From Albugo candida (Eukaryota), in contig JBDOQK010000053.1 in assembly GCA_040437565.1 (NCBI GenBank), positions 62,001 to 126,000 of the forward strand: DNA of 64,000 nt. The letters run 5' to 3'. The position numbers and the translations under genes are program-made. Position 1 is the first letter of the stretch. Every line of letters begins with the position of its first letter. Positions 10,569 through 21,793 of the stretch are shown piece after piece. The notes under the pieces were generated by a model, which did no database searches, was not told the origin of the DNA, and was given only the letters and a program-made list of their open reading frames with translations.

Positions 10569-11900
10569 TTAAAAAGAAGCGTTTCCCGGCCAGCGCGGAA
10601 ATGGAATCACATCGCGAATATTCTCGATTCCTGTGACAAAACGAATAAGCCGTTCAAATCCAAGCCCAAATCCGGAATGAGGGACACTTCCATATCGCCT
10701 CAGGTCCATGTACCACTGATAATCTTCCACATTGGCACCAGAATCGAGAATTCTCTGCTCTAAGACTTCATATCGCTCTTCTCGCTGGCTTCCACCGATA
10801 ATTTCCCCCACTCTCGGGACCAACACATCCGCAGCCGCAACAGTTTTCCCATCATCATTCAGACGCATGTAAAAACTCTTGATTTCCTTTGGGTAATCAT
10901 GTATGACCACCGGGTGTTTGTACACTATCTCAGTTAAGTATCGTTCATGCTCTGAGCCTAAATCGGCGCCCCACTCTGGTTGCACGGTGAATTTTCCTTT
11001 TTTGCGGTGTTTTGGCTCCGACAAAAGCTGAATCGCATCAGTATAAGTCATACGTATGAAAGCCTTTGCGACTGTATTCTCAAGGCGTTCCACCAAACCT
11101 TTTTCTACTTGCTGATCGAAAAACACCAAGTCCTCTCGACAGTATTCCAATGCGTACCGCGCGCAGTATTTCAAATAGTCTTCCGCTAAATCAATGTTCA
11201 TTTTGAGATCAGCGAATGCAATTTCTGGCTCAATCATCCAAAATTCGGCCAAATGGCGCGCAGTATTTGAATTCTCCGCTCGGAATGTGGGACCAAATGT
11301 GTACACATCAGACAGAGCACAGCAATGCGTTTCCACGTTGAGTTGTCCCGATACACTTAAATACGCCGCTCGGTTAAAAAAATCTTTGGAGAAATCGACA
11401 CTTCCACTGGGTGTGCGTGAAATAGTATCATTCGCATTTTTGGGCATCAGAGTGGTCACATGAAACATTTCCCCAGCGCCTTCACAATCTGAGGTTGTTA
11501 TGATTGGCGTATGAATGTACAGAAACCCATGAGTATGGAAAAATTCGTGCGTGGCAAAAGCCATTGCGTGTCGAACGCGCATCGTTGCACCATGAATGTT
11601 TGAACGTGGCCGAAGGTGAGCATACATTCTCAAGTGTTCTAATGTGTGCCTTTTTTTCGACATTGGGTATGTCGAGGCGTCCGGAATGGTTCCACATACG
11701 TCGACTTTGGAAGCTTTTATTTCAATTTCTTGACCTTTTGCAGGAGATTCAACTACCTTTCCAACAACAGAAAAGCTTGCTCCTACACCGCCCGAAGCTA
11801 ACGCAGCTGCAAATCCCTCTGTTTCGCCTTTAGTGATGACAACCTGAATACTTCGAAAGCAGGACCCATCATTCAATTGAAGAAAAGCAAACGAACCAGC
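10569..11900 (-). CDS. NARS: Asparaginyl-tRNA synthetase, N-terminus lost in gap
   Basis: FLQLNDGS, SDCEGAGEMF, YLSVSGQL, GPTFRAENSNTARHLAEFWMIEPE, GGSQREER, GFGLGFER. Confidence 0.93.
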   Translation of the reverse strand, partial: AGSFAFLQLNDGSCFRSIQVVITKGETEGFAAALASGGVGASFSVVGKVVESPAKGQEIEIKASKVDVCGTIPDASTYPMSKKRHTLEHLRMYAHLRPRSNIHGATMRVRHAMAFATHEFFHTHGFLYIHTPIITTSDCEGAGEMFHVTTLMPKNANDTISRTPSGSVDFSKDFFNRAAYLSVSGQLNVETHCCALSDVYTFGPTFRAENSNTARHLAEFWMIEPEIAFADLKMNIDLAEDYLKYCARYALEYCREDLVFFDQQVEKGLVERLENTVAKAFIRMTYTDAIQLLSEPKHRKKGKFTVQPEWGADLGSEHERYLTEIVYKHPVVIHDYPKEIKSFYMRLNDDGKTVAAADVLVPRVGEIIGGSQREERYEVLEQRILDSGANVEDYQWYMDLRRYGSVPHSGFGLGFERLIRFVTGIENIRDVIPFPRWPGNASF

Positions 11901-12000
11901 NNNNNNNNNNNNNNNNNNNNNNNNNNNNNNNNNNNNNNNNNNNNNNNNNNNNNNNNNNNNNNNNNNNNNNNNNNNNNNNNNNNNNNNNNNNNNNNNNNNN

Positions 12001-12948
12001 GCTTTCGAATAATGACGTAACACGCATGACGACCGTCCATGTAATGGCTTGACCTGGCGCCATCCGTGTCAAACGAGGCAAAAGTCCTTTCCAAAGCGCC
12101 ATGAATCCTTCTTCTTTAGCGATTGTCTGTATCGCGTGAAAGACACCTCTATATTTTAATGTTTGACCTTGAATGCTTTCTTGTGCCATCAATCGAGTCT
12201 TCAGAACATCAGCCGGCGTATTGAAGCAAGGACCAAGTGATCCAGCAATCATGCCATTGATGAAGGTGGCGTATGGCGGTAGAAGTATGCCATCACCATC
12301 TTCTTTCTTCCACAAATTTGAATTGAGCCAGGCCATCGCCATAAAATTGAAGGCTTGGTTACTTCCTTGTCGCGCCATTGTAGGAACATTTCCTTTCCAT
12401 AGGGCAGTCCATCCTTCTTGTTTGATGACTTTTCGAGCACAATCAATCGGTCCGCTGTATCTCCCAACGCCGACTTCTTTCTGCATTCGAGTTTTGATCA
12501 CTTCAAAAGGAGTAACAATAATAATAGACTCAAGACACCCGGCCAGTAGCCCAGCTGAAAAATTAATTCTTGGAGTGATTAGTTGATCCTTTCCACCAGC
12601 GATTTTCTCTCGAAACCAAGAAAACGACCCGAAACGAAGTGCGTACTTCAACACCATATTTGATAGAAAAGGGGACAGCCCTTTATATAGAGCCCGACCA
12701 CCTTCCTGGCGGTAAATAGTATCAATACAGTTCACCATACCTTTATATTTTTGCGTTCTATCGAGTTGCAGCCTTGTTTTTGTCACATCTAATGGCTGTA
12801 ATAAACACGCTTCAACCACGCCACCTGCCATACCGGCCATCATTTTGAGGTATACAGGTACAGGGCGCGATTGCAAATCGGACGAAATCGCATCTTTCAA
12901 TGCGCTCGTCGCTAGCAGTTTTCTTTGAGAGGATGTATCGAGACTCAT
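12001..12948 (-). CDS. Mitochondrial carrier (succinate/fumarate SFC1-like), C-terminal end in gap
   Basis: Three Px[DE]xxKxR motifs (PLDVTKTRLQ, PFEVIKTRMQ, PADVLKTRLM); RQGSNQA, RMAPGQAITW. Confidence 0.88.
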
Positions 12949-13510
12949 GACCAAAGATTGCTTCTTGCAGTGGAAATCGAAGAATCATTGCAGTGTGACG
13001 ATATAGCGGCCTAAAAGCGGTAAGGGTACTTTCCGATGAGAACAAGTCTCTCCCAAATTGGACTCTTTTTTATACTCTTTCATTACATTGCACATTTGTA
13101 TCGGTTCATGGCACAAATTCGTACCGCGTTCATGTCTAACCGTCACACTAGGGCTCTCGATGTAAATTATCAGTACATTTTGGTCAAACATGTTAAAGTC
13201 TATACCAGATCTGCACTCTAGACCAAACAAAACTTAGCACTAAGTACTCTGTGTAAATTTACAATTGTTGACTTGCCAATGGCATTATCATNNNNNNNNN
13301 NNNNNNNNNNNNNNNNNNNNNNNNNNNNNNNNNNNNNNNNNNNNNNNNNNNNNNNNNNNNNNNNNNNNNNNNNNNNNNNNNNNNNNNNNNNTCATTGGCA
13401 TAGACAATTTAGTTGATACTTAAACCATCACGGCAATCTTGAGGCTGCAGAGACTTTATTTCTTGCTTATAACAGCCAAACGGGTTGTCTCAAGTGCGTT
13501 TTACGTGCTA

Positions 13511-14434
13511 TCAAGGTCCAAATAAGTGCGCTTTTGTCCGCTTTTTCTTCTTCATTTTCTTGCGGGCAACTGCTTCGCTACGATCTTCCCATTTACTTTT
13601 ATGTAATTTTACAGGTCGATTCCCAATGTATTTCCCATTCATCTCCCGCAGTGCTTTTGCGCAATCGAAAGGATCACCAAAGCTTACAAAACCGTACCCA
13701 CGCGATTTATGAGTAAATTTATCTCGAATGACTTTGGCTCGCTGAAATGATGGAAACGAGCTAAAATTATGAGCCAATAATTCGTCAGTAACCTCGTTCC
13801 CCAAGTCGCCACAAAACAAACGGAAATCATTATCTGGCCACTCGGCCAACGTAGCGTCTTCCCACCGCTCTCCACCTGCCACTCGCACAAATCTCTTCGC
13901 CCCAACGTGTAACGGTCTTTGTGAGGGAGCGGATACAGATGATTGAGTCGACGTTTTTGGCTTTACGTTTTTATTAGGGTCGTAACCATAGACACTCTGC
14001 TGAGTATTCATAAGCTGTTGTTCCTCATTCGAAAGAAGCTGCCCTGTCGTCATATCTACTCGCGGAATGATTGTCTTTGACAGTGTACTCTGTGTGGGTA
14101 CTGACGACATGTACGCCATTTCACCTGTAATTCCAACGGGGAAACCACTAAGTGCGGCGTATTGTGTTGTCATGTTTCCAGCGATTACTGAGCTACCAAT
14201 TGCATTTTCTGCCGCATTTCGGTGCGGTGCAGGACGAGGTGGAGCTGCGTATACTTTGGGTGCCATTGAGCTTTCTTTCTTGTTGACATCAGCGCTTTTC
14301 TGAATCGATTCATTCACATGATTTTTATTTTGTTCTATCTTGTTCTTGTTTCCTCCATCTTCTTTCGCATTACTCGTCTCAAGCGTTTTTAATTCCGCTT
14401 CAAATCGAGCCAACTCATCCTCCAAAGACGCCAT
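13511..14434 (-). CDS. RBM42: RRM protein RBM42-like
   Basis: WEDATLAEWPDNDFRLFCGDLGNEVTD...KSRGYGFVSF...REMNGKYIGNRPVKL. Confidence 0.9.
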   Translation of the reverse strand: MASLEDELARFEAELKTLETSNAKEDGGNKNKIEQNKNHVNESIQKSADVNKKESSMAPKVYAAPPRPAPHRNAAENAIGSSVIAGNMTTQYAALSGFPVGITGEMAYMSSVPTQSTLSKTIIPRVDMTTGQLLSNEEQQLMNTQQSVYGYDPNKNVKPKTSTQSSVSAPSQRPLHVGAKRFVRVAGGERWEDATLAEWPDNDFRLFCGDLGNEVTDELLAHNFSSFPSFQRAKVIRDKFTHKSRGYGFVSFGDPFDCAKALREMNGKYIGNRPVKLHKSKWEDRSEAVARKKMKKKKRTKAHLFGP

Positions 14435-14538
14435 CTTGCGTTTTACTGATACGAGGCAGTTATCAATGAAAAACTAACAGTTAGATAACTCTATTCTGAT
14501 TGGTTATTGGATCGGATGGAAATGAGGCAGTCCAAAGA

Positions 14539-17211
14539 ATGCAAAAGCCAGCATGCGTGACTCGTTCCTTGCAGCAGTTGAATACGCAAACACCGATCCA
14601 TCCAACTCACTGCGCTCCCTCACTGTCCTCGCCCATTGAGTACTCCATTGACGGTCGCTATCTGTTCCAACGCGAAGCTCACGTCATCCACATTCGTCAT
14701 CCTCGTACGGGTCACATTCTGCACCAATGTCTTCGCACCAATGACGCACCTAATGCCACAAAATCGATTCCGTTAGCACCCGTAACGTGTATAACTTTAC
14801 ATCCATTGAATGCATTGCAATTGTATGCCGCTTACAGCGATCATCAAGTGATTCTGTGGGATTTTACCGAAGAAAAACAGCTCAAAAGCTTCCATGCAGA
14901 CTATCCTGTATTTTGGATGCATGTAAGTATACAGCAGCCGTGGATGCTGCATATGGTGATAGGCTTGAAATCGTCGTATTCCTATGTCTATTACAACGTA
15001 CAACACGCTCGAAAACAGCAAACATTTTCAGATAAAAACGTACCGATATCGGCGATCGCGTTACATTCTGTCGACAGCGCGAATCAAAATGAAAAAGTCG
15101 ATTATGTAGCAATTGCGTGCGATCGGCACATGGAACTTCTCTGTCTGCATCCAAAAAAAACGGACTCAACTGCTGACAGTATAGCGGTACAAAGGTATAC
15201 ATTCGATCACAATCAAAAAGTCACGTCTGTGGCATGGAATCCCAAAGACAGTGTCGTCGAATTCGCGCTCGGAGATGATAGTGGTCAAATCCATCTATAC
15301 CATTTACAAGCCGACCAAGCAGCCAGAAAGCTCTCAACTGCATCGTTTCGTGTGCACTCAAAATTACATTGGCATGCACATACGTTGCGTTGTTTACGTT
15401 ATTCTTTGGATGGACAATTCCTCGTCTCAGGAGGAGAAGAATGCGTCTTGGTTTTCTGGCATCTTGCTACTGGACGACGATCGTATTTGCCGCGTCGATC
15501 AGCCCCAATCCTCGCAATCACAGCGCGAAAAGACTCGAATGCGAAGGATACCACTCGACCAAGCACAGTTGGGTACGGCGTTCTCCTAGACGATCACGTT
15601 CTCTTCCAATACAACTCGGTCACTCGTGAAGAAGAATGGCACGTTTCCGGGTTTGCTCGAAGTGGTACCAGTGCAAGACTAACCTTACCGAATTTTGAGA
15701 TACTTGAAGCATTCAAAGGTTTAGCGCCGACGATGGTGTTCGATCCGATCACAGGAACGCTTCCGTTGAATGGACAATCATCTGTCGGATTAATGCAATT
15801 CTATGACCCACTTCAAGATCGTGTCGTCCAAAATCTTCAATTAACTGAACGTAATCCCGTTACCAGGACAGAATCTGGAGATGCTATGGTCGTCACAACA
15901 GCTCAGAAATGGCTTTTCAGTCCATGTGGCCAATATTTCATCACCTTACAAGCAGATGTTGTATCTCGTGGAGGCAATAAAGACCGATTGACGCCTCAAA
16001 ATCATACATTACGATGGTGGAAACGTCGGGAAGATGGGTCGTTTTTTCTTCACACAGCTGTAGATGCTCCACATGGAAATAGTCGTGTGACATGTATGGT
16101 CTACTCGCCAGATACGCGATATTTACAGAGGAATTGGATGGCCACAGGCGATGAAAACGGTGAATTTCGCTTATGGAAATTAGGACCGTCCTCCAGTGCT
16201 AACGAGGTAACTATTTGGCAGTGTCACGCAGTTGTACGACATCGACCGTACCCAATTACATCGATGCAATTCTCATCAGATGGATCACTATTAGCGGTCG
16301 CATATGGCAATCTTTTGACAATTTGGAAAACGGAAACAACATCGCTTGGCGCTGTATTTGCTTCTGCCGATGGAAACGCTATTATTGAGATCTTTTTCTC
16401 GGACATCGCAACTCCGTTTCTCATCGTAAAGACCATTTACCAACTGCAGACTTGGAATCTTCTTACGCTCGCATTAGTGTGGGAGCACTCGTTTTCTTCC
16501 GAAAGAAGTTGGGTCTGCTTGCACCCGTCCCGTTCGCTTGTAACGATTTGCACTCCGATATCGTCTGTTGCCAACGAAAAGTGTGACTTTAGTCTTTTGG
16601 AAATCGATATTGTGACTAATGTCGTGAGAAGTGAAACCCGTTTCGAGATGCCTGGGAAAACATCGATTTGGGCGCTCAGTTTCGCTCCAAAGTGTGAAAA
16701 TCAGGCTCCAGCGGTTGTGCTTATGGATGAGGTATCGAATATGTGGATGCTGAGTCTGTCGGATTCCTCAGATACAACGGATCGACAGAAAGTGAAGGCT
16801 GAAGATACGAGTGATCCACGGGGAAAACTGGCTGGCATTTTGCCATTTGGAACGACAAACTCTGAGAATCAGTCGAAAACTTTGAATAAAAATGGCGTGC
16901 ATTCGATTGAGTCAAAGGATTCCTCAATCGAGCTATTCGATGCTCCCTCGCATGTACTTCCACCGATTTCTAGCATGTATCGCCACTTTATGGACGGATT
17001 TATCTCCAAAAAGACAGAAACACACCCCACTGTGAAGGATTCGCATCCGCTTACTGAAATGACAGAGCCTTCTCGTCCACAATCGAAATCGAAGCCGTTC
17101 CACGCAAACCTCAAACGATGGACAAATGGACTCAAAATGGAAATGCTGAGTGACTCGACCTCATCGAATGTTAAGAAGTCTAAAACGCAATCGAAATCTT
17201 TTCAGCTTTGA
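14539..17211 (+). CDS. WDR75: WD40 SSU-processome protein WDR75/Utp17/Nan1
   Basis: LHWHAH..LRYSLDGQFLVSGGEECVLVFW..YLPR; FSSDGSLLAVA; C-terminal LFDAPSHVLPP. Confidence 0.85.
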   Translation: MQKPACVTRSLQQLNTQTPIHPTHCAPSLSSPIEYSIDGRYLFQREAHVIHIRHPRTGHILHQCLRTNDAPNATKSIPLAPVTCITLHPLNALQLYAAYSDHQVILWDFTEEKQLKSFHADYPVFWMHVSIQQPWMLHMVIGLKSSYSYVYYNVQHARKQQTFSDKNVPISAIALHSVDSANQNEKVDYVAIACDRHMELLCLHPKKTDSTADSIAVQRYTFDHNQKVTSVAWNPKDSVVEFALGDDSGQIHLYHLQADQAARKLSTASFRVHSKLHWHAHTLRCLRYSLDGQFLVSGGEECVLVFWHLATGRRSYLPRRSAPILAITARKDSNAKDTTRPSTVGYGVLLDDHVLFQYNSVTREEEWHVSGFARSGTSARLTLPNFEILEAFKGLAPTMVFDPITGTLPLNGQSSVGLMQFYDPLQDRVVQNLQLTERNPVTRTESGDAMVVTTAQKWLFSPCGQYFITLQADVVSRGGNKDRLTPQNHTLRWWKRREDGSFFLHTAVDAPHGNSRVTCMVYSPDTRYLQRNWMATGDENGEFRLWKLGPSSSANEVTIWQCHAVVRHRPYPITSMQFSSDGSLLAVAYGNLLTIWKTETTSLGAVFASADGNAIIEIFFSDIATPFLIVKTIYQLQTWNLLTLALVWEHSFSSERSWVCLHPSRSLVTICTPISSVANEKCDFSLLEIDIVTNVVRSETRFEMPGKTSIWALSFAPKCENQAPAVVLMDEVSNMWMLSLSDSSDTTDRQKVKAEDTSDPRGKLAGILPFGTTNSENQSKTLNKNGVHSIESKDSSIELFDAPSHVLPPISSMYRHFMDGFISKKTETHPTVKDSHPLTEMTEPSRPQSKSKPFHANLKRWTNGLKMEMLSDSTSSNVKKSKTQSKSFQL

Positions 17212-17279
17212 GTTTTAAATAAAGCATCGCAGCTCTCGTCTATTTAAAGGTGTCCATTGATCATTTCTATTTATCCCGA

Positions 17280-17940
17280 ATGCTGTCCACGCGAAGCCGC
17301 GATGTGAGTCTGCAAGACGCAGTATCTTTGGACTCATTTCCTTTGTGAGAACTCATTGCTTTAGGACTCATAATTGAAATAGAGCGCTCACTCAGTTTTG
17401 TCCTGTAGAAATTTTGAGTCGAGTAGTGCGTCCTCAGACAATTCCCACCGTCTTCTTGAGGAAGAACATGCGAGGAAAATGGCTCGTGCACAATATCAAC
17501 GAAAACAGCGGGAAAAGTGGCAGGAACGAACTGCAAACTCGCCATTTCGGGTCAATTTGATAGCAGAGATTGAGCGTGTGGATGAAGAGAATCGCGTTCA
17601 AAGGCTGAAGGCGCAGGAAATAGTGCAAAAACGCGAGAAAGACGCTATTGAAAATGAGATATTTGTTGTCAGTAAATCAGAAGAGGAAATGTGCGACATT
17701 GAGAAATTACGATCTGAGAAACGAGCTATCATTCAAGAGGAGAAAAGGTTGCGATCATTATTAGCGCTGGAAATGAGCAATTTACATCGGAAGGAGGATT
17801 TAAGTGCTGCTAAATTAGCCGAACGAAGGCGGAAAGCTCTCATAAAAGAATCAAAGAGGGTACAACGCCTACAAGAGGAGGAGACTCAGCGACGACGATA
17901 TCAGAAACTACTCAAGGAAAAGCACGGAATAATTGCGTAG
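17280..17940 (+). CDS. Charged coiled-coil protein of unknown function (2 exons)
   Basis: ATG 17280 after TCATTTC initiator-like motif; GT-AG intron joins in frame to E/K/R-rich ORF. Confidence 0.6.
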
Positions 17941-17960
17941 CGATAATGAATTACAACATA

Positions 17961-18279
17961 TTAGACATTTTTGTGGACGATATAAACTCTGTTCGCGTCG
18001 CTAGTCACAATGTATTTGTGTGAAGGGTGCGTGACTACGTAGTTCGTGTTATTAGGAAATGGTATCGGTAGTAGCTGGTCACACACCTGTGAATCGCTCA
18101 AAGACTTCTCCAGGATGCTCCAATACATTTGAGGCGTCTTGTAGCATTGAATACAATACATTCGCTACTCTTTTCCCAGTGGTGTTATCTAGACTTCCTG
18201 ATGCGGACAGAATGGATCCATTTGTACGCGATAAGATTAGCGATCCGATCTGATTTGGCACAAGTTGCAAATCTTCCAT
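17961..18279 (-). CDS. LAMTOR4: Ragulator subunit LAMTOR4-like (2 exons)
   Basis: VPNQIGSLIL..GSILSASGSLDN...FERFT|VTHPSHKYIVTSDANRVYIVHK, a roadblock pattern. Confidence 0.75.
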
Positions 18280-18432
18280 CGTGAATGCGATTATTGCCGG
18301 GTACGGTACCTGTAGTTTTCAAGCAATTTGTTGTCTTTCTAAAATTTAAAGTGAAAGCTTTACTTTAAGTATAGAAAGTGTGTTTTGTAATGCCCTTGGA
18401 CAGGCATGTTGTAGTGTTAACATACAAGGTCA

Positions 18433-18499
18433 ATGCTAAATATGTTTTACTTTTACTTCGACATCTATTGCAACAAGTGCAATTCATATATTTTCAACA
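18433..18499 (+). repeat. 3' part of 5' LTR, ending ...TCAACA
   Basis: Shares ATGCTAAAT...CTATTGCAACAAGTGCAATTCA with 20687-20753. Confidence 0.7.
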
Positions 18500-18512
18500 G
18501 GTTATGAGCCCA
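18500..18512 (+). other. Primer binding site complementary to the tRNA-iMet anticodon arm
   Basis: GGTTATGAGCCCA directly after the LTR end is the reverse complement of UGGGCUCAUAACC. Confidence 0.8.
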
Positions 18513-20510
18513 AAGGATCGTGTTGGCGGCGCAGCCCAACAAGCTACCCCCGCTGTGGTGGTCGATGGTCAGGGCACGACAAACGACCAACAATTGGAAG
18601 AAAATCCGGCAGTTCCTGCGGCGGAAGTGGACAAGATGCTCGCCATGCTTGGTGCTTTGTCGGACCGAATGTGTAGGATGGAATCCTCGCAGAACGGACA
18701 AGTCAACCGACATCGCAAGGGCTCTTCGAAGTAAAGCACTTTTAGTTCGGTTTTGGGATCTAGATCAGGTATAAATCTACAGACTTCGAGGCATTACTCT
18801 CCTCCCAAGCGTTCAACGAATGTCTTGCCGGCCACCTACTTTGGTGCCCGATGAGCAGCTTATGCGTGGGATATGGCTGACCCACAGGCTCAGGTCGATG
18901 GCAACTATGGAATGGGCCAGAGAACTGACGATGGCATTAATGGGAGGGGTGCACCTGAAGGATTGTACCCAGGTATGCGTATACCAGGTCCTGGTTATCA
19001 TCAGCCTGGGAAGGTATTTGAAGGCGTACCGGATGATCGTCAACGAAAAATGGCGCTACAACCTTTCGACGGAAAGGAACTCTGTCATGGACTTGGTAGT
19101 GAATTCATAAAATGGGGGAAAGCGTTTGTGCGACAAGTTGGCTTCTCCGAGCGTGTCTATGGATTTGTGTGGCCTGAAGACATCAAGGTTGATGTTGCTG
19201 GTCAACACCTTGCAGGCATTGCACAGAAATATCATTGTCGGCAGCTGGAGACTTGGTGGTATGAGAGTCAAACCTTGGAGCATGCTAAGCAAAGGTTGCT
19301 CCAGACTTTCACTACCAAGATAACACCTGCCCAGAGCATGAAGTTGTTTATTGCGTCAAAGTCATCACAGTGTAGCTGGACGAAACATTTATTATATCTG
19401 ACAGCTGTGAGTGACGCGTGCGAAGGCGCGGAAAGCCTTGTCTTCGACAGCTTTGTCCACTATGCTGATACAACGATGCGCAAGACGATATTATCGCGTC
19501 TGGACCTGAATAGGGTTGACTACCCACGAAAGGCTGAAGAGCTCGCCCAATTTTCACAATCGACAGAGCTCGCCATTCCAGTCAAACATTTCGGTAGAGA
19601 CGTAGTTAACGTCGTCGAGTCGACGAATGTAATAAGAATAAGGAACTTTGGAAAGGTCAAGAAACGTCTTAAAGCTAGGGTCGCAAAAAGGTGCTATCAA
19701 TGTGGCAACACTGGTCACCTCAAGGCAGCTTGTCCGAAGAAAGGCAAGAAACGACAAGACGAAGATGTCATTTTAAAGTTAGCGATGGACGGTCCAGCTC
19801 AACCAGAAATGGGGTTTTGGACAGCGGCTCAGGAAGACATTTGGTCAATGACTTGAGCATGCTCGACGATGGGATCGACTTCCGGAACGAATGTTTNNNN
19901 NNNNNNNNNNNNNNNNNNNNNNNNNNNNNNNNNNNNNNNNNNNNNNNNNNNNNNNNNNNNNNNNNNNNNNNNNNNNNNNNNNNNNNNNNNNNNNNNACAA
20001 GCCAACCAGGGGACCCTATCAAGATCGAAAGCTGGAGCGACGCGGAATCTGCCGCGGACAAGTCGAATAGAAAGTCGGTTTCAGGATGCGTGATGACGAT
20101 GGACGGTGCAGTGACATCGTGGACGTGCAAGAAGCAGACGAGTGTCTCGCTTAGCACCATGGAAGCGAAGTTAATCGCTTCCTCGCATGCTGGCAGTGAG
20201 CTTCCTGGATTGAGGGAAGTTGTTTGGAGAACTGGACATGAAAGTTGTTGAGCCGATGCCGATGTGGATTGACAATCAAGCGGCGATCAAGCAATTGGAA
20301 AACGAGAAGACTACCTCAAGCGCGAAACATGTCGACATTCGTTTCAAGTTTATCTGTGAACATGCTCAAGCTAAGGTCGCGCAGCCAATTTTTGTCAAGT
20401 CTGATGATATGAAGGAGGATTTGTTGACGAAGGCACTACCAGCACCAAGGATCTCGGGCCTGCGTGGTATGTTTAAGTTGAAGGCCATCCAGGATAACGT
20501 CGATGAGGAG

Positions 20511-20753
20511 TGCTAGAACAGATCGTTTTCTGTCAGTTCGTCAAGGGTTTGCGCGTCAACTGCAAGGCCCATCACAGGTAAAGTCCGACCTCACTGAACG
20601 GCTGTTTTGGTGACAACGTGACAGATTGGACGAAGAGAGACAGTCACCACGTGGTACCAGACTGAACTCAGGTGAAAGGTGCTTTGATGCTAAATGTATT
20701 TTAATATTGCTTCTACCTCTATTGCAACAAGTGCAATTCAAATACTTTCAGCA
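20511..20753 (+). repeat. 3' LTR (TG...CA, 243 bp)
   Basis: Starts TG after GATGAGGAG, ends TTTCAGCA; its 3' end matches the 5' LTR. Confidence 0.7.
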
Positions 20754-21354
20754 ATTTGATGCACTTCTACGATCCATACTCGAGGACTAGTGCGGCATCC
20801 GACCACGCACTTGTACGAGTGAGACTCAAGTGCGTGTAGCGTGCTGGGTGTAATGAATATGCCATAATCCACATTCGATGCTATACTGCTTTCGAGTCGA
20901 TCTAAGTCAGAATGTACAAATCGATCATTATTATCTAGTGCAAGTATGTAACGGCATGCGCGTGCCTCCCCTTTCTAACGGCCATCGCATCTGCTGTACT
21001 TGGTAAAGGACGCTTTCCAGGAGTATGTACGAATGACGCGGTTGAGAAGCTTCGCTTTGAGTCTATCTGTTCTGTATTTAGAGTAGTAGTAAGTAATCGC
21101 GAGCACTGCAGTTTACTTCAAGAAAAAGAAAATAAACGAAAACAAAATCTTTCTTTACAATTAGGAGCCCGGTATAGCCACACACCCTTTTTGGTATAGC
21201 TGCACCCCCTAACTTAATTGATAACACCGGTATCGTTACACCCTCTAACTATCCNNNNNNNNNNNNNNNNNNNNNNNNNNNNNNNNNNNNNNNNNNNNNN
21301 NNNNNNNNNNNNNNNNNNNNNNNNNNNNNNNNNNNNNNNNNNNNNNNNNNNNNN

Positions 21355-21720
21355 GACAATCGGTAGCTGCAAACAATTAACGCTATTCTATTCTCAAGAA
21401 GCGCAGCTATTGTACTTTTTTGCAATATATTGAAACATTTTGGCTACAAACGCAAGATTCTTTCGATGAACGAGTTCCGAGCTTTGTTAATAGATTACAT
21501 ATAAAAGCTTGTTTCAAAAGTCTGTCGATGTGTCGATCAAATACGTAGTAAGAGACAATGTCCAGCTTCTAATTAATGGATAATGTCATGAAGTACAGTA
21601 TTCTTCACATTCATGTCCACCACATTACGCTGAACAGCTAGTACTAGGTAATACTAGAATCAGAGCTGCACTTGCATACTTCTTAGCGGTATCAACCGGC
21701 GGCGACTGTCTAGTATCACG
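21355..21720 (+). pseudogene. Possible highly degraded pogo/DDE_1 transposase remnant
   Basis: Frameshifted fragments LLxMDN, LVLGNTRI, HTS*RYQPA resemble LLLDN..LP.NTT..LQP.D; weak. Confidence 0.3.
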
Positions 21721-21793
21721 GAGAGAATGCAACAACATGGATATTTTTTGACAATCAAATTAGAATAAGAGATTTTTTTAATTAAAAAGAATA

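Larger units (their letters stand above)
18329..20753 (+). mobile_element. Degenerate Ty1/copia LTR retrotransposon; integrase/RT lost in gap; 5' boundary uncertain
   Basis: Gag CCHC CYQCGNTGHLKAAC, protease VLDSGSGRHL, RNase H SDA..RKSVSG..KKQTSVSLSTMEA..DNQAAI..KHVDIRF; PBS at 18500, GAGGAG purine tract before 3' LTR; stops and frameshifts. Confidence 0.88.

Noticed and set aside
10569-12954. Apparent mitochondrial carrier-AsnRS fusion in the ORF track
   Set aside because: The ORFs read through a 100-N gap; the carrier C-terminus and AsnRS N-terminus are simply missing
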